64,000 nt of DNA from the human T2T-CHM13v2.0 reference genome, Homo sapiens, in the NCBI RefSeq assembly GCF_009914755.1, contig NC_060948.1, one strand, 5' to 3'. Below the pieces are notes generated by a model that was given only the letters and a program-made list of their open reading frames with translations, did no database searches and was not told the DNA's origin. The translations under genes and the position numbers were made by a program. Of this stretch, positions 38,978 through 56,366 are shown piece after piece (the stretch's first letter is position 1; every line of letters starts with the position of its first letter).

Positions 38978-39319
38978 ACTTTTTTTTTTCTTAATAGGTT
39001 GGCAACTTTATTTGAATAAAAGGCTTTCACATTTAAATCACATAGTCTTTTCCAGATTCAAAAATGTGTGAAATGCCCTGTGCAACTTCTGTCTTTTGGA
39101 GCACGAAAGCTTAAGATGGTTATAAAATATAAATATGTGTTTTATATATATAAGCAAAAGCATAAAACTGTATTCAAGGATAGTGTAAAAAGTTGATAGA
39201 TACTAAAGAAAACATACAAAAATGAACCCTAGGTAGTAAAAACTTTGAAGAAGAAAAAAATTGCAGCATTTCCATCCATAAATTGTTCATTCACCAAAAT
39301 TTTTTAGAGACTATTAAAG

Positions 39320-40430
39320 GGCTTCTGGTTCAATAAGCAGACTTGTGTTTAAGTCTTTTTATCCTAAATTAGAAATACAATAAAGAATAGAGTTTCTTCT
39401 GTACAAAAAAGGGAAGACAGTTTTACTAACAGATCAGATACATAAAAAAAAAAAAAAATTGAAAGAATTCCAGAGCGCCTTCATGATCAGTGGCAGATAT
39501 GACAGAGATCAATAATAAAAAGTGGTGTTGAAATCTGGTGAATTGATTGAAACTGCATATGGAACAGCTGAGGCAGCCTATGACTCCATAGTTTTCTCTA
39601 AATGTGCAGAGAACTGTTAGCCTAGTTATCCCCAGGTAAAAAAGCATAGCATTTCTTTCTAAAAAAAATTGAACTATCTGGGGAAAACAAAAGCTTCATT
39701 TATGGGTGCTGAAAATTCAGAATAAAATTCTTCTCATTCTGGCTGGCATGCAAGTTTTGAGGGGAGAGGGAGTGTTGGTGAGGCCACAGCCTGACATCCA
39801 GCTTCCCACTTTCTTCTAGTTAATTAAAATATAATACCTTATATACTATACTCATTAAATAAGCTACCAGTTTGATGTCATGCTCATATGAAAAATCAGA
39901 CTTAAAAAAGAATAGAGGGAAACCATACCAGCTACCTAGAATTTTCTTCTAAATATAAACAGACAATCACAGATCACTAGGAATAAAAAACAAACCTTCT
40001 GCATGAAAATAAAAGTTGAAATAATTAAAAAGTATACTCAGGTGAAACAGAAAATGTAAGAAAACTTTAAGAAAAAAGTCCATATGGAGAGCATTTTGAT
40101 AAGAATTTTAAATGTTGTTTAAAAATGTCAGAAATTAGAAAAATATTTTACCTCTTACAAATAGAATTTCCAGAATAAAACTTTAATAGAAAAGATTAAA
40201 AATAAGGTGGGAATCCCTTAAAATGTTAAGCATAAGGGCAAAGAGACAGAAAATATGAGAGAAAAGACTCATATATGATCACTGCATGAAGTCCAACATT
40301 TGATCAGTAAGAGTCATAGGACAGAGAAAAGGGAATACGTTCAAATAAAACAACATAAGATAATAAACCATATACCAAAAAAAAAAAAAAAACCTACTGC
40401 AGAGATGGAAAAATCTGAGCACAGAGCATA
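39320..40430 (+). mobile_element. Ancient L1M 5'UTR/ORF1 remnant
   Basis: A-rich decayed ORF1-like tract (ACAGAAAATATGAGAGAAAAG...GAAGTCCAACAT...); boundaries uncertain. Confidence 0.5.
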
Positions 40431-40434
40431 TCAA

Positions 40435-42496
40435 TTTTTTTATTAGTTTTTAAATTTTAAAAAAATTAATAATTTTTATTTTAAAATTTTACATTCAGGG
40501 AGTACATTTGCATGTTCCTTACATGGATATATTGCATAATGGTGGATATTGGGTTTCTAGCATACCAGTCACCAAAATAATGAACATTGTATTCAGTAGG
40601 TATGCTTTTAACACTCACCCCTCTCCTCCCCCATTTTGTAGTCCCCAGTATCTATCCCATTTTGTTTTAAATTGAGCTTATTTTGATCTTCCCTCTTCTT
40701 TTCTTGGTTAATCTTGCTAATGGTATAACAATTTTATTTATTTTTTCCAAGAACCATCTTTTTCTTTCATCTATCTTTTGTATTTGTTTGTTTGTTTCAA
40801 TTTCATTTAGTTCTTCTCTGATCTTGGTGATTTCTTTTCTTCTGCTGGGTCTGGGTTTGGTTTGTTCTTGTTTCTCTATTCCTTGAGGTATGACCTTAGA
40901 TTGTCTATTTGTGCTCTTTCAGCTTTTTTGATGTAGGCATTTAATGCTGTAAACTGCCCTTTTAGCACTGACTTCTATATCTCAGAGGTTTTTATAGGTT
41001 TTGTCACTATTATAATTCAGTTCAAATAATTTTTTAATTTCCCTCTTGATTCTATAGTTAACCCAAAGATCATTCAGGAACAGGTTATTTAATTTCCATG
41101 TATTTATGTTGTTTTGAAGATTCCTTTTGAAATTGATCTCCAATTTCATTCCACTGTGGTCTGAGAGAGTACTTAATATAATTTCATTTTTTAAAATTTA
41201 TTGTGACTTGTTTTGTGGCCTACCACATGGTCTGTCTTGGAGAAAGTTCCATACACTTACTTGTAGAATGTGTATTCTTCGGTTGGTGGGTGAAATGTTC
41301 TGTACATATTTGTTAAGTCTATTTGTTCTAGAGAATAGTTTAAATCCATTGTTTTTTGTTAACTTTCTACCTTGATGACCTGTCTAATGCTGTTAGTGGG
41401 GTATTGAAGTCCTTCACTATTATTTTGTTGCTATCTAACTCATTTCTTATGTCTGGTAGTAATTGTTTATAAATTTGGGATCTCCAGTGTTAGGTGCATA
41501 TACATTTAGGATTGTAATATTTTCCTGTTGGACAAGGCCTTTTATCATTAAACAATGTCCCTCTTTTTTTTGTAAATGTGGTTTCTTTAAAGTTTTTCTG
41601 TCTGATATAAGAATAGCTACTCTTGCTCACTTTTCGTGTCCATTTGCATGGAATGTCTTTTTCCACCCCTTTATGTTAAATTTATTTGTGTCCTTATGTG
41701 TTAGTGAATCTCTTGAAAGCAGAAGATACTTTGTTGGTGAATTCTTATCTATTCTGCCATTCTGTATCTTTTAAGTGGAGCATTTAGGCCATTTACATTC
41801 AAAGGCAGTATTGAGATGTTAGGTACTATTCCATTCATCATGCTATTTGTTGCCCGAATACCTTGGGTTTTTAAAAATTTATTTATTGTATTTTTATTTT
41901 ATAGATATTGTGAGATTAATGCCTTAAGGAGGTTCTGTTTTAATGTGTTTTTAGAATTTGTTTCAAGATTTAGATCTCCTCTTAGCAGTTCTTGCAGTGC
42001 TGGCTTGTTAGGGGCGAATTCTTTCAGCATTTGTTTGTCTAAAACAAACTGTGTCTTTCCTTCATTTATCAAGTTAGTTTCACTGGATACAAAATTCTTG
42101 GCTGATAATTGTTTTGTTTAAGGAGGTTGAAGATAGGACCCCAATCCCTTCTAGCTTGTAGGGTTTCTGCTGAGGAATCTGCTGTTAATCTGATAGGTTT
42201 TTCTTCATAGGTTACCTGGTGCTTTTGTTTTACACTCTTAAGATTCTTTCCTTCATCCTGACTTTAGATAACCTGATGATGTACCTAGATGATAACCTTT
42301 TTGCAATAAATTTTTCAGGTGTTCTTTGAGCTTCTTGTATTTGGATGTCTAGATCTCTAGCAAGGCCAGGGAAGATTTCCTCAATAATTCCCCCAAATAC
42401 ATTTTCCAAACTTCTATATTTCTCTTCTTCTTCAGGAACACCAATTATTCTTATGTTTGGCCATTTAACATAATCCCAAATTTCTTGGAGCCTTTG
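40435..42496 (-). mobile_element. L1PB-class fragment: 3'UTR end (40435-40660) joined directly to ORF1/ORF2-EN region
   Basis: Minus ORF includes LQEIWDYVKWPNIRIIGVPEEEEK...ARDLDIQIQEAQRTP (ORF1p); most of ORF2 is missing. Confidence 0.88.
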
Positions 42497-45400
42497 GCTA
42501 CAAAAGGTATTAAATAACCACACAACAGTAGTGGGAGACTTTAATGTCCCACTGACAGTGTTAAACAAATCACCAAGGCATAAAACTACCAAAGGAACTT
42601 TAGATTCAAATAGGAAAGTAGATAAATTGAACCTAATAGAAATATACAGAACACACCACCCAACAACCATAGAATATATTTTCTTCTCATCTGCACATGG
42701 AACATATTCTAAGACTAACCTCATGCTCTGTCATAAAGCAAACTTCAATAAATTTAAAAAAAACTGAAATTATACCAAGTATACTCTTGAACCACTGTGC
42801 AATAAAAATGGAAATCAATATCAATAAGATCTCTCAAAACTACATAAGTACATAGAAATTAAACTACTTACTCCTCAAAAACTCCTCGGTGAACAAAATT
42901 CATTAAGAAATAAAAAATATTCTATAAAATTAATGCAAATAGGGACACAATTGACTGAAATCTCTGGGATGTAGCCAAAGCAGTGTTAAGACAAAAGTTT
43001 ACAGACTAAACACTTTCCTCAAGTAGTTAGAAAAGTTTCAAATTACCAGTGTAAGTTTGTACCTAAAGGAATTAGGAAAAAAAAAGTACAAACCAACCCA
43101 AAGGTAGTAGAAAAAGACACATTAAAATTAGAGAAAAACTGAATGAAATAGAGATGCCAAAATTCATACGAAAGATCATTGAAACCAATAGTTGGTTATT
43201 TAGAGAAATAAACAAGATTATAGACCCATAACAAGATTAAAAAAGAAAAAGAAAGATAAGATACAAAGCACAATCAGCATTGACAAAGGTAATATTACAA
43301 CTGACTTCACAGAAATACAAAAGATCCTCAGAGACTGCTAGGAACAATTCTATGCACACAAATTGGAAAATCTAGAAGAGATGTATACATTTCTAGAACC
43401 ACACACACTGCCAAGATTTTTTCAGGAAGAGATTAAAACCCTGAACAGAACAATGTAAACTTCTGAAATGCAAGCAATAATAAAGAACCTGTTAACCAAA
43501 AAAAAAAAAAAAAAAAAAAACCCTGAACCAGATAGATTCACAGCTAAATTCTAACAGTAGAACAAAGAAAAATAGACACAAAACCTAGTGAAATAATTCC
43601 AAAACAAAATGAGGAGTAGGGGCTTTTCCTTAACTAATTCTGTGAAGCCAGCATTATCCTGATACCAAAATATGACAGAGCCACTAAAATAAACTAAAGA
43701 ACAAAACAAAACAACAAAAAAAACTTCAGACCAATATCTGTCATTAACATAAATGCAAAAATATTTAAGAAAATACCAGCAAATGGAATACAGTAACCCA
43801 TCAAAAAGTTTACATACCACAGGCAAGTAAGCTTTATTCTTGGAATGCAAGGCTAGTTCAATCTATGCAAATCAATAAACGTGATTCACCACATAAACAA
43901 AATTAAATATAAAAACCATATGATTATTTCAAAAGACAAAGAAACTTCTTTTGATAAAATTCAAAATCAATTCATGATAAAAACTCTCAACATATTAGGC
44001 ATCAAAGGAACATATCTCAAAATAATGAGAGCCATCTATGACAAATACACAATTAACATCACATTGAATGGGCAAAAACTTGAACAATTTCCCTTAAGAA
44101 CTGAAACAAGATAAGGATACTCACTTTTGCCACACCTATTCAACATAATACTAAAAGTCCTAGCCAGAACAATCAGGCAAGATAAATAAATGAAAGACAT
44201 CCAAACTGGAAAATATGAAGTTAAACTATTTATCTGCAGATGATATAATTATATACCTAGAAAATCCTAAAGACTCTGCCAAAATATTCCCAAAATTGAT
44301 AATTGACTTTAGTAAAATTTCAGGACACAAAATCAATGTACAAATCTAATTATTATTTTTGTACACCAAAAACATCCAGGCTGAGAGTGAAATCAAGAAC
44401 ACAATCTCACCTATGAAAGTGACAAAGAAAATTAAATGCCTAGTAATATAGCAAACTAAGGAAGTTAAAGATCTCTACAAGGGAGCTACAAAACCCTGCT
44501 GAAAAAATCAAAGATGATACAACTAAATAGAGAAACATTCCATCCTTGTAGATTGAAGAATCAATATTATAAAAAATTGTCATATGGACCAAAGCAATTT
44601 ACAGATTCAATGTTATTCCTATAAAACTACCAATGTCCTTCTTTAAGGAATTAGAGAAAACTGTTCTAAAATGCATATGAAACAAAAAACCCAAATAGAC
44701 AAAAGAATCCTAAGTGAATGAATAAAGTCAGAGGCATCACATTACCTAACTTTAAGTATTTTATAAAACCACAGTAACGAAAACAGCTTGATACTGGTAT
44801 GAAAGCAGACACATAAATGAATGGAAAAAAAAAAAGATAGAAACCTCAAAAATAAAGTTGCACACTTACAACCATCTGATCTTTGACAAGGCCAACAAAG
44901 ATAAGTAATATCGAAATAACTCCCCATTCAACAAATGGTGCTGGGATAACAGGTTAGGAGATTGAAGCTCGACCCCTACTTTTATCATATACAAAATTTA
45001 ACTCAATATGGAATAAAACTTTAAATGTAATACTTCCAAATATAAAAATCCTTAAAGACAAACTAGGAAATACTCTTGTCGACATCAGCCTTGGCAAATA
45101 ATTTTTGGCTGTCCCCAAAAGCAATTGCAACAAGAATAAAAATAGACTAGGACTTAATTAAACTAAACAGCTTCTGCATAGCAAAAGAAACAACAGAGAA
45201 AACAGACAACCTACAGAATAAGAGAATATATTTATAAACTATGCATTTTACAAAGGCCTCACATCCATAATCTGCAGAGAACTTAAACAAATCAACAAGC
45301 AAAAACCAAATAACGACATTTAAAAATGGGCAAAAAACATGAGCAGACATTTTTCAATAGAAGACATGCAAGTGGCCAACAAACATATAAAAAAAGTTCA

Positions 45401-46335
45401 GCATCACTAATCATGATAGAAATGCAAGTCAAAACGACAATGAGATATTATCTGACACCAGTTAAAATAGCTATTACTAAAATGTTAAAAATCAACAGAT
45501 ACTGCCAAGGTTGTGAAGAAAATGGAATGCTTATACAGTATTGGTGAAAATGCAAATTAGTCCAGCCACTTTGGAAAGCAATTTGGATATTTCTCCCCAA
45601 AATTAAAACAGAGCAACCATTTGATCCAGCAATCCCATTACTGAGTATATTTCCAAAAGAAAATAAATCTTTCTACCAAAATGACACATGCACTGATATG
45701 TTTATCACTACACTATTCAGAATAGCAAAGACATGGAATCAATCCAGGTGTTCCTCAATGGTAGGTAAGATAGATAAAACTTGGTACATATAAACTGTGA
45801 AATACTATTCAGCCATAAAAATAGTGAAATCATGTTATTTGCAAGAACATGGATGGAGCTGGAAGCTATAACGCTAAGCAAAGTGATGTATGAACAGAAA
45901 ACCAAAAACCCCATGTCCTCACTTATAAATGGGAACTAAGCTTTGAGCACACATGAACATAAATGTAGGAACAATTAACACTGTAGACCATCTGGGGAAA
46001 ACAAAGGCTTCATTTATGGGTGTTGAAAACTCAGAATAAAATTCTTCTCTTTCTGGCTGGCATGCAAGTTTTGAGGAGAGAGGGAGAGTTGGTGAGGCCA
46101 CAGCCTGACATCCAGCTTCCAACTTTCTCATAGTTAATTAAAATATAAGACCTTAAATACTATACAGAAATACTAGTAGAAAGTGGAGGGAGAAGGAGTG
46201 GGTTAAAAAATTACCAATTGGATGCTATGGCCTTAAGAGGGTGACAGGATCCATAATACAAATCTCTGCATAATTCAATATTCCTAAGTAACAAATCTGC
46301 ACATGTACACCCTGTATCTAAAGTAAAAGTTGAAA
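42497..46335 (+). mobile_element. 5'-truncated L1PA15/16-L1PB4 class element
   Basis: EN motif VGDFN; RT remnants; 3'UTR ending GTATCTAAAGTAAAAGTTGAAA; carries a foreign 176-bp insert at 45990-46165. Confidence 0.9.
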
Positions 46336-46431
46336 CAGAAACAAAAAGCACTTTGATAATTGCCAAAATGGAAGTTTGTATGTGGGATAGTAGCACTATA
46401 ACTCAAAGCCACAGAGAAAAGGGAATACTTA

Positions 46432-50012
<3,581 letters not shown>

Positions 50013-50388
50013 ACATCTTAAAAGATAAAAAAGAGGAGGAAGTGATTTATAATGAAGGAGGAAAATGAGGGAGAATCAGGAAAGATTTCCTAGATCAGTG
50101 AATTGAACCATAAAAGAGATTAAATGGAAGAAATGGCAGGGTAGGGTAATAGGAACAATTCACTGTAAGGTTGTAAGGTAACGTTATGAAGAAATGCACC
50201 TACAGAGTATACTTAAATAGTTAGTGGCAACTTGTGGCTGGAATGGAGAATGTACTGCAATGAGATGGAGTAGTGTGAATGACAGCAGCAGCAAGTGTTG
50301 CAGAGAGCCCAGTGAGAGTGAAAACATTTTAAAAAATGATTAAATATTGTGTGTAAGGAATCATCAGAGACCTTACAGAAAACACCTT

Positions 50389-50450
50389 CAGTAGTGTGGG
50401 AGGTTATGGACGTGAAGCCAGTAGTGTGGGAGGTTATGGATGTGAAGCCA
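50389..50450. repeat. 30-bp tandem duplication within a decayed L2-like tract
   Basis: CAGTAGTGTGGGAGGTTATGGA(C/T)GTGAAGC x2, one CpG mismatch. Confidence 0.95.
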
Positions 50451-51374
50451 AAGGTATAATGCAGTGCAGGTTTCTCTCCTAAGATGTGTTGCAATGGAAG
50501 GAAGAGGGGAAGTGCATAACTTTAGCATCCACTAGTGTTAAGAAGATTACTTTAAAACATTTTTAAGATGAAATAACAGGAGCATACTTGTAGCACAAGG
50601 AAGGGACTGATAAGGAGAGAGTAATTAAAAGTGCAAGAGAAGAGGATAATTGCCAGATAAATGTTTCTGAAGAGACAGGAATGAGTCCAAATAAGTGGTT
50701 CTGCACACATTATCCAGTAGGATCTCACTTCATAATTTCCTTAGTAGGGATTCTCTCTTTACCAAATTATGCACAGTTTACCAGAAAGTTAAAATTATAG
50801 GGTAATTTCAATGTCTATTTTTATATTGCCTTTCCTTAATTTTAGGATTCTTACATTTTAAGATGTCTTATTTATTTGTCATTGTATTAGGTGTGCCTGG
50901 AGAAATTAAGTTAACCCATCATGTAAATTATATGTTCATATATAGTACACACTAAAATACAAATAGATAATTTCCACAGTAGTAAATGTTTGTTTCCTTG
51001 TTACTAGAAGCTCAAAGAGCATTGACTGGCGTACAGGCAAACTGCTGACTGCAACTGTTGCACATTTTCTAAGATAGAGAACATTAGCAAAGTTAGCATA
51101 GACATCGTGTTTAGCTAATAAATGAAGAAATCATACAAGTATTTCAAAATAATAATTGGTGTCCGCCACAGAGCCCATAACATCACCAAGATTTATGCTT
51201 GCTATTCTCTGATCCTTCTGCTGTGCATGCTGTGACTTAGGAATTATTTGTATGTGGGTAATGACAACATTTAGCCTCTCACACAGAAGCTCAGTAATTG
51301 TGCTAATGGTAGTGATGAGTCCATCCCTCTAAATTCAGAAGTTGAAGACTATGTTGCAAGAAATGCTAAAAGGT

Positions 51375-51418
51375 GGGCGACAGAGCGAGACTCCGTCTCA
51401 AAAAAAAAAAAAAAAAAA
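51375..51418 (+). mobile_element. Extremely 5'-truncated AluY (25 bp plus poly(A))
   Basis: GGGCGACAGAGCGAGACTCCGTCTC then A-run; perfect TSD AAATGCTAAAAGGT (51361-51374 / 51419-51432). Confidence 0.93.
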
Positions 51419-52255
51419 AAATGCTAAAAGGTTAAACATGTCAAAGAGTTTATCAAGTACTGATCAAAATCCCATACTTACAAAAATTAGCAAAACAACC
51501 CTCAAATTTGGGCAGATGTAACCTTTAAATATGAAGTGTTATTTGTATAGTTTGTACCAATTTGCACTAACAGATATTCACTCCACCACCTCTAGCTTTA
51601 TTCCTGTAGCTAAATATCTTTTCTAGTTTTTTCCATTGGATATTTATTGCATCTTGAAAAATCTGGCATTTTCAAGCTTGTGTGTTCTTCTGCAAGCTCC
51701 TGATTTTAACGTATAGCTTTTCTTTTCTTTCTTCATTCATATAAACAAATCTTGTATTTATTTTAGAAATCTTCATGACCCTTCCAAAAGAAAATTACTT
51801 CATTTCATAGTATAAACTGAAAAGCTAGCTTTTATCTTACTGCTTTATTTGTATTATCACAGGAAGTCACACGGTTTTTCCATTCTTGCAGTAAACTATC
51901 GTGGATAATTGATCCTCACACAGTACAGAGAAAGGCTGCAGGCTAAATTCTGTCCAAAGATACAACTCTAAAATTATCTGGGAAGAAAGGAAATACATAG
52001 ACAGATAAAGAGAAAGATGAGAGAGAGAGAGCACCAAAAAGTGAGTTCATCTCTATTAAGTGAACATTACTTTGTTATTGGCTTCAATCTGATCGTGGTT
52101 GTCATTTCTTTTACCAGTTTGTTTAAGGAGACATGCATCATTCTAGTTTTAGGCAGTAAAAGGTGACATTGTAGATATAAATAGTATTAGATTTTGTTGA
52201 GGTACTGAATATATTTGAAAAATTTTTGAAAAGCTGTTAAATATTTTGAAATATA

Positions 52256-52462
52256 AGGCATCAGTCAGCAGTTTTTTTAACTTCCCAGATAATAAACCTT
52301 TTCAGCCTTGCAGGCCATATAGGCTCTGTTGCAATTTCTCAACTTTTCATATTGGGAAAGCAGCTATAGATAATACATAATTGGATCAGCATGGCTGTGT
52401 TCCAGTGAAATTGTATTTACAAAAGTAGGCATATTACTCAGACAGTAGTTTACCAATCCCTG
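52256..52462 (+). mobile_element. MER58A (hAT-Charlie MITE)
   Basis: ...GCCTTGCAGGCCATA...CTCTGTTGCAA...GCATGGCTGTGTTCCAGTGAAA...GTAGTTTACCAATCCCTG. Confidence 0.8.
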
Positions 52463-52879
52463 AAGATATCATTATGATTTATCATCAGTTAGTTTCACAT
52501 CATTCCATTGTACTAGCATTCTTCCATTAAATCCAAATTCTGTTATCTGTTATTTTTCTGTGTGTCTGTTAAATGAAGAGTTTTAATCTAGAATAGATTC
52601 ATGAAAATATCCAAGAAAATATGGTTATTAAGGAAATAATTACTTAGCACTTATGAGGTTTTTGAAAAATTGTTGCAAGGCATTGTTTCCTGTAAACATA
52701 TGCAGAACTTCATTGAAATGACTCTTTATAGCTTATTTTAAATGTATTGTTTGGTTTTGTTTCTATCTAGCACATAGTTATAATATCTAGTGTCTCTATG
52801 GGTCTATAACTAGTACCCAGGGCAATAAGAAAGTAATTGTAAAAGAACAAAATGAAGAAGCAAAAAAAAAAGAAAAATA

Positions 52880-53300
52880 AAATGAGTGAAATAATTAGAC
52901 AATTTACCTACAAAATAAATAAGTACAAGTGGCGTATATGCACAGCATCACTTATAATCCCGAAAATGGAAGGTAAACAGAAAATTTTTTATCATATTGA
53001 CAAAAACAGAAAAAAGATCAGTCTTCTGATTCTTGGTGAGGATGTGAGGAAATGGGAATCTCCTAACAGATTTACAGGACAATTCAGCTGTATCTATGGC
53101 TATCATAAATGTTTACACCTTTGAACTCAGCACTTCCCACTACTTGGAATTTATGCAAGTCAGCAAAATATTAAATGTCCCATTATTTAAAATACTAAAC
53201 ATTTGGAAACAAGTCAAATGCTTATCCTTAGAAGCATGGTAAAAGTAAATTGCAGAACAGTATATAGAACATAATTCCATTTTTATTAAAAAATAACTAG
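52880..53300 (+). mobile_element. Ancient L1ME-class 3' fragment
   Basis: TTGGTGAGGATGTGAGGAAATGGGAA...CTTTGAACTCAGCACTTCCCACTACTTGGAATTTAT. Confidence 0.6.
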
Positions 53301-53844
53301 TTAAAATGAATATAGTGAAGTTGAAGACAATGATAAATTGTGCAGGTTGAGTAAGTTTAAATTTCCTTAACCTCAGTTTCAACCTCTACAAAATTCTAGC
53401 TAAAAAAATGATATGACTATATACAAATAAATTCCTGAAAATAAAAAGCATGATTATGAAGTGATTCTGAATTAGAATTATTCAAACAGCCTATTTAGAG
53501 TTGTATATATAAGTGAAATTAATTAAACTAAGGGTAAGAAGATAGAGTACTTTTAAACTCACAAACTTTTTTTATGTTTTCTTTGACAAGAATTTGGAAT
53601 CATCAGAAATATTTGAAGAAGAATCAAATACCACCTTTGATTAACTGGTATCTGTAGTATTTGAAGTGGTTTGCATGAGAGTGTTAATATAAGTGGGGAA
53701 ACTTTTGAAAAGAGGTTATAGTTGTCAATGGAACTTAACCTGAACAAAAGCTTTGGTAAGGGCCTTGGGAAAATTAGAATATTATTGATGATGGCGTCAG
53801 TATAGAATGAGCTATGTATACTTACTAAGAAGCCTTTAGGTATA

Positions 53845-54292
53845 TTATCAGTATGAATGTGATTGATTGCAAGAAAGAAAATATCAAATTAGAATGATTC
53901 AAATGATGAGAACATGTATTGTCTTACCCGCAGGCCGTGCATTTTCAGGGTTAGTTTATTCAGTTTCACACATATTAGGGCTTTTGGTCTGCTTCTTGTG
54001 GTCACAAGATGGCTGCTACAGTTAAATGAAGTATCCCAGACAACGGGCCCCTTCTGTCTCCTTGGCCAGGATTGCATCACATGCTATTGCCTAGACCAAA
54101 TGTTGATCAAAGAAATAGTAATGTCATGATTGTTTTAGACTTTTCAGTGTTCACCCCAGGAGAAAGGGAAGGGAAGAGAAGGTGCATGAGAGGGTGGATT
54201 TAAACACAAAATCAGTTACCAAGCAAAGAGGTGAAGACAATATGACGGTAAAGAAATCATCTGTATGGCAAACAACCAATGGCATCTGTCAC
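53845..54292 (-). mobile_element. Ancient MaLR/ERVL LTR (MLT1J-L or LTR33-like)
   Basis: GGTCACAAGATGGCTGCT core and ...CAACCAATGGCATCTGTCACA terminus. Confidence 0.55.
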
Positions 54293-55659
54293 AGCTGTCA
54301 ATGGTTTCTATTCAGTAGATGGAAGATAAAGTCTAGGGATTAGATACCAAGGAAATTTATTCACTCAGATTTTTTATTCCCTTATTTAATGCATGATTTT
54401 TTCCATTTAGATAAATATTTTTTAAATGTAAAACAGTTAGTAAAATTAGGGCGCAGTGAAAAGCGTGCATATCATGTAGAGCAATAAACTGGGACTCAGC
54501 AGACTGAGATTTTATTATTTTACTTTGGTAGTTAATTTCTATTCGAAATATGATGTGTCTTTTTCCAAAAAAACTGTAAAAAAGGTAAAATACAACAAAC
54601 TACCTATATCCTACTTTGCAGAACATAATATAGAATTTAAATAGGTAGAACGTCTGTAAGCTTTAAACTGCTTGGAGGAAGATACTATGTGAATAAAATA
54701 TCTCTGAACTTTTTAAAAGGAGAAATATTAGATAATTCTTGAAAAATTATCTTGGAGGATGTATGCTAGAAATTTTCCTAAGAACATACTAATAGTATTG
54801 GATATAATACGCATAAAATTCCTGTTTGTTAAAAAATTATGTTGGGAATAATTAACATAAAATAATACGTATTCCATATGCTGTATTTGCATGTAATATT
54901 TAATGAAAACTATTATAACATGCAAGTCATTTTTGCTTATTTTGTAAATAATGAATCAATGTTTTAAACTATTCATCTTTTTCAGAAAATCACTTAAAAA
55001 TAAATTCGATGTCAAATTAAAGCATAATCATGAGAATAATGTTTATTTTACTTTGACTACTTTCATATATTTCCTTCTTCAAAATAAAAAGAAAATTAAA
55101 ATTGTTTTTGTGAAAATAATGTGTTCATTAAGAACTTAAACACTTCAAAAAAAAGTTTACAAAAAAGGAAAAGAATCATCAATCCAAATTCTATTCACCA
55201 GAAATAACAATTCAAGAGCAGTCAAAATTTAGACCATAATTTGATATCTGTCTTTTACAAATATTTGCTAACAGATACGGTATTAATTTAACATCCCTCA
55301 AAGCCATCCCCAATCTCATTAGGTTATTCAGAATATAGCAAAAAAATCTATAAGATTTTAGAAGGATAGATCATTTCATTAGTTGCAATATAAATATAGA
55401 CTCACTTTTATTTAATTAAACCAGTTTAATTTTTTATTACCAAACTAGAAAATATTGATTAGCTGAGAAATCTTTACATTGCTTAAACTGGAGGAGTCCA
55501 ACCTCTTTCTTAATTTGATTTCAAATAAAAACTCCTCAGTATTATATTGCCGTGCCTTTTTTTTTTTCATCTATATTTATAAACCCTCTGTGGTACAGAT
55601 TCAAAAGAGGTTTGACTTGGCGATAGCTTCGGCTAAAGCCAAAGATTTTCAGTAGGACA

Positions 55660-55848
55660 ATTGTTCTAATATATTAATGCTTTTAAAATAAGTAACCTAT
55701 GGAATTGTGAAAAATGGAGATTCTCTAGGCACACCTTTGTGGTTTTAATATGGTACATCTGGGAAGGATCTTAGGAGTCTGAATATTTAATAAGCACTCC
55801 ATGTAATTCTGATTCATGTGGCAGATGGGCCAAACTTTAGAAACACTA
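55660..55848. mobile_element. MER5-like hAT MITE
   Basis: GAGTCTGAATATTTAATAAGCACTCCATGTAATTCTGAT...ACTTTAGAAACACT. Confidence 0.55.
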
Positions 55849-56332
55849 TCCTAAATCCATTGTCACTAGTTTCTCCTAAAAAAAAATAGTAAAGTCTTTG
55901 CTCTACTAATATTTTTTCTTTGTTTGTAAGGCACACAAGGTGTATTTAAGATCATGTAAAATTTTCTTATACTTAGAAAACCATAGTAATTTTATTACTG
56001 AATGTTTTAGAAGGCATGACAAAAACAGAGAATGTTTAAATATGGTCATGTAATTTGTAATGTTCTAATTTGGTTGTGGCCATTATATGGGAAAATCAAT
56101 TATTTTAAAATAAGAAATACCATTATTCTTAAAAATCTATTGAGATTCATCATATAGAAATTTAGAGAAATTCTACTTTTAGTTCTAGAAATATTATGAT
56201 TTTTTAAATAATAAATATATGTTTCCTGAGCTATCTCTTTTTTCTCATTACAAGTGTTGCAAGGGGCTACACCTTGACCTAACGTCTTTACGTGGGTACT
56301 TGCGCTTACTTTGTAGCCTTCATCAGGGTTTG

Positions 56333-56366
56333 CTTCTATTACTTAAGGCCTTCTATTACTTAAGGC
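56333..56366. repeat. Perfect 17-bp tandem duplication
   Basis: CTTCTATTACTTAAGGC x2. Confidence 0.97.

Noticed and set aside
40435-46335. Single L1 with a twin-priming 5' inversion
   Set aside because: The minus and plus pieces overlap in ORF2 EN coordinates and each has its own 3'UTR end, so they are two elements.
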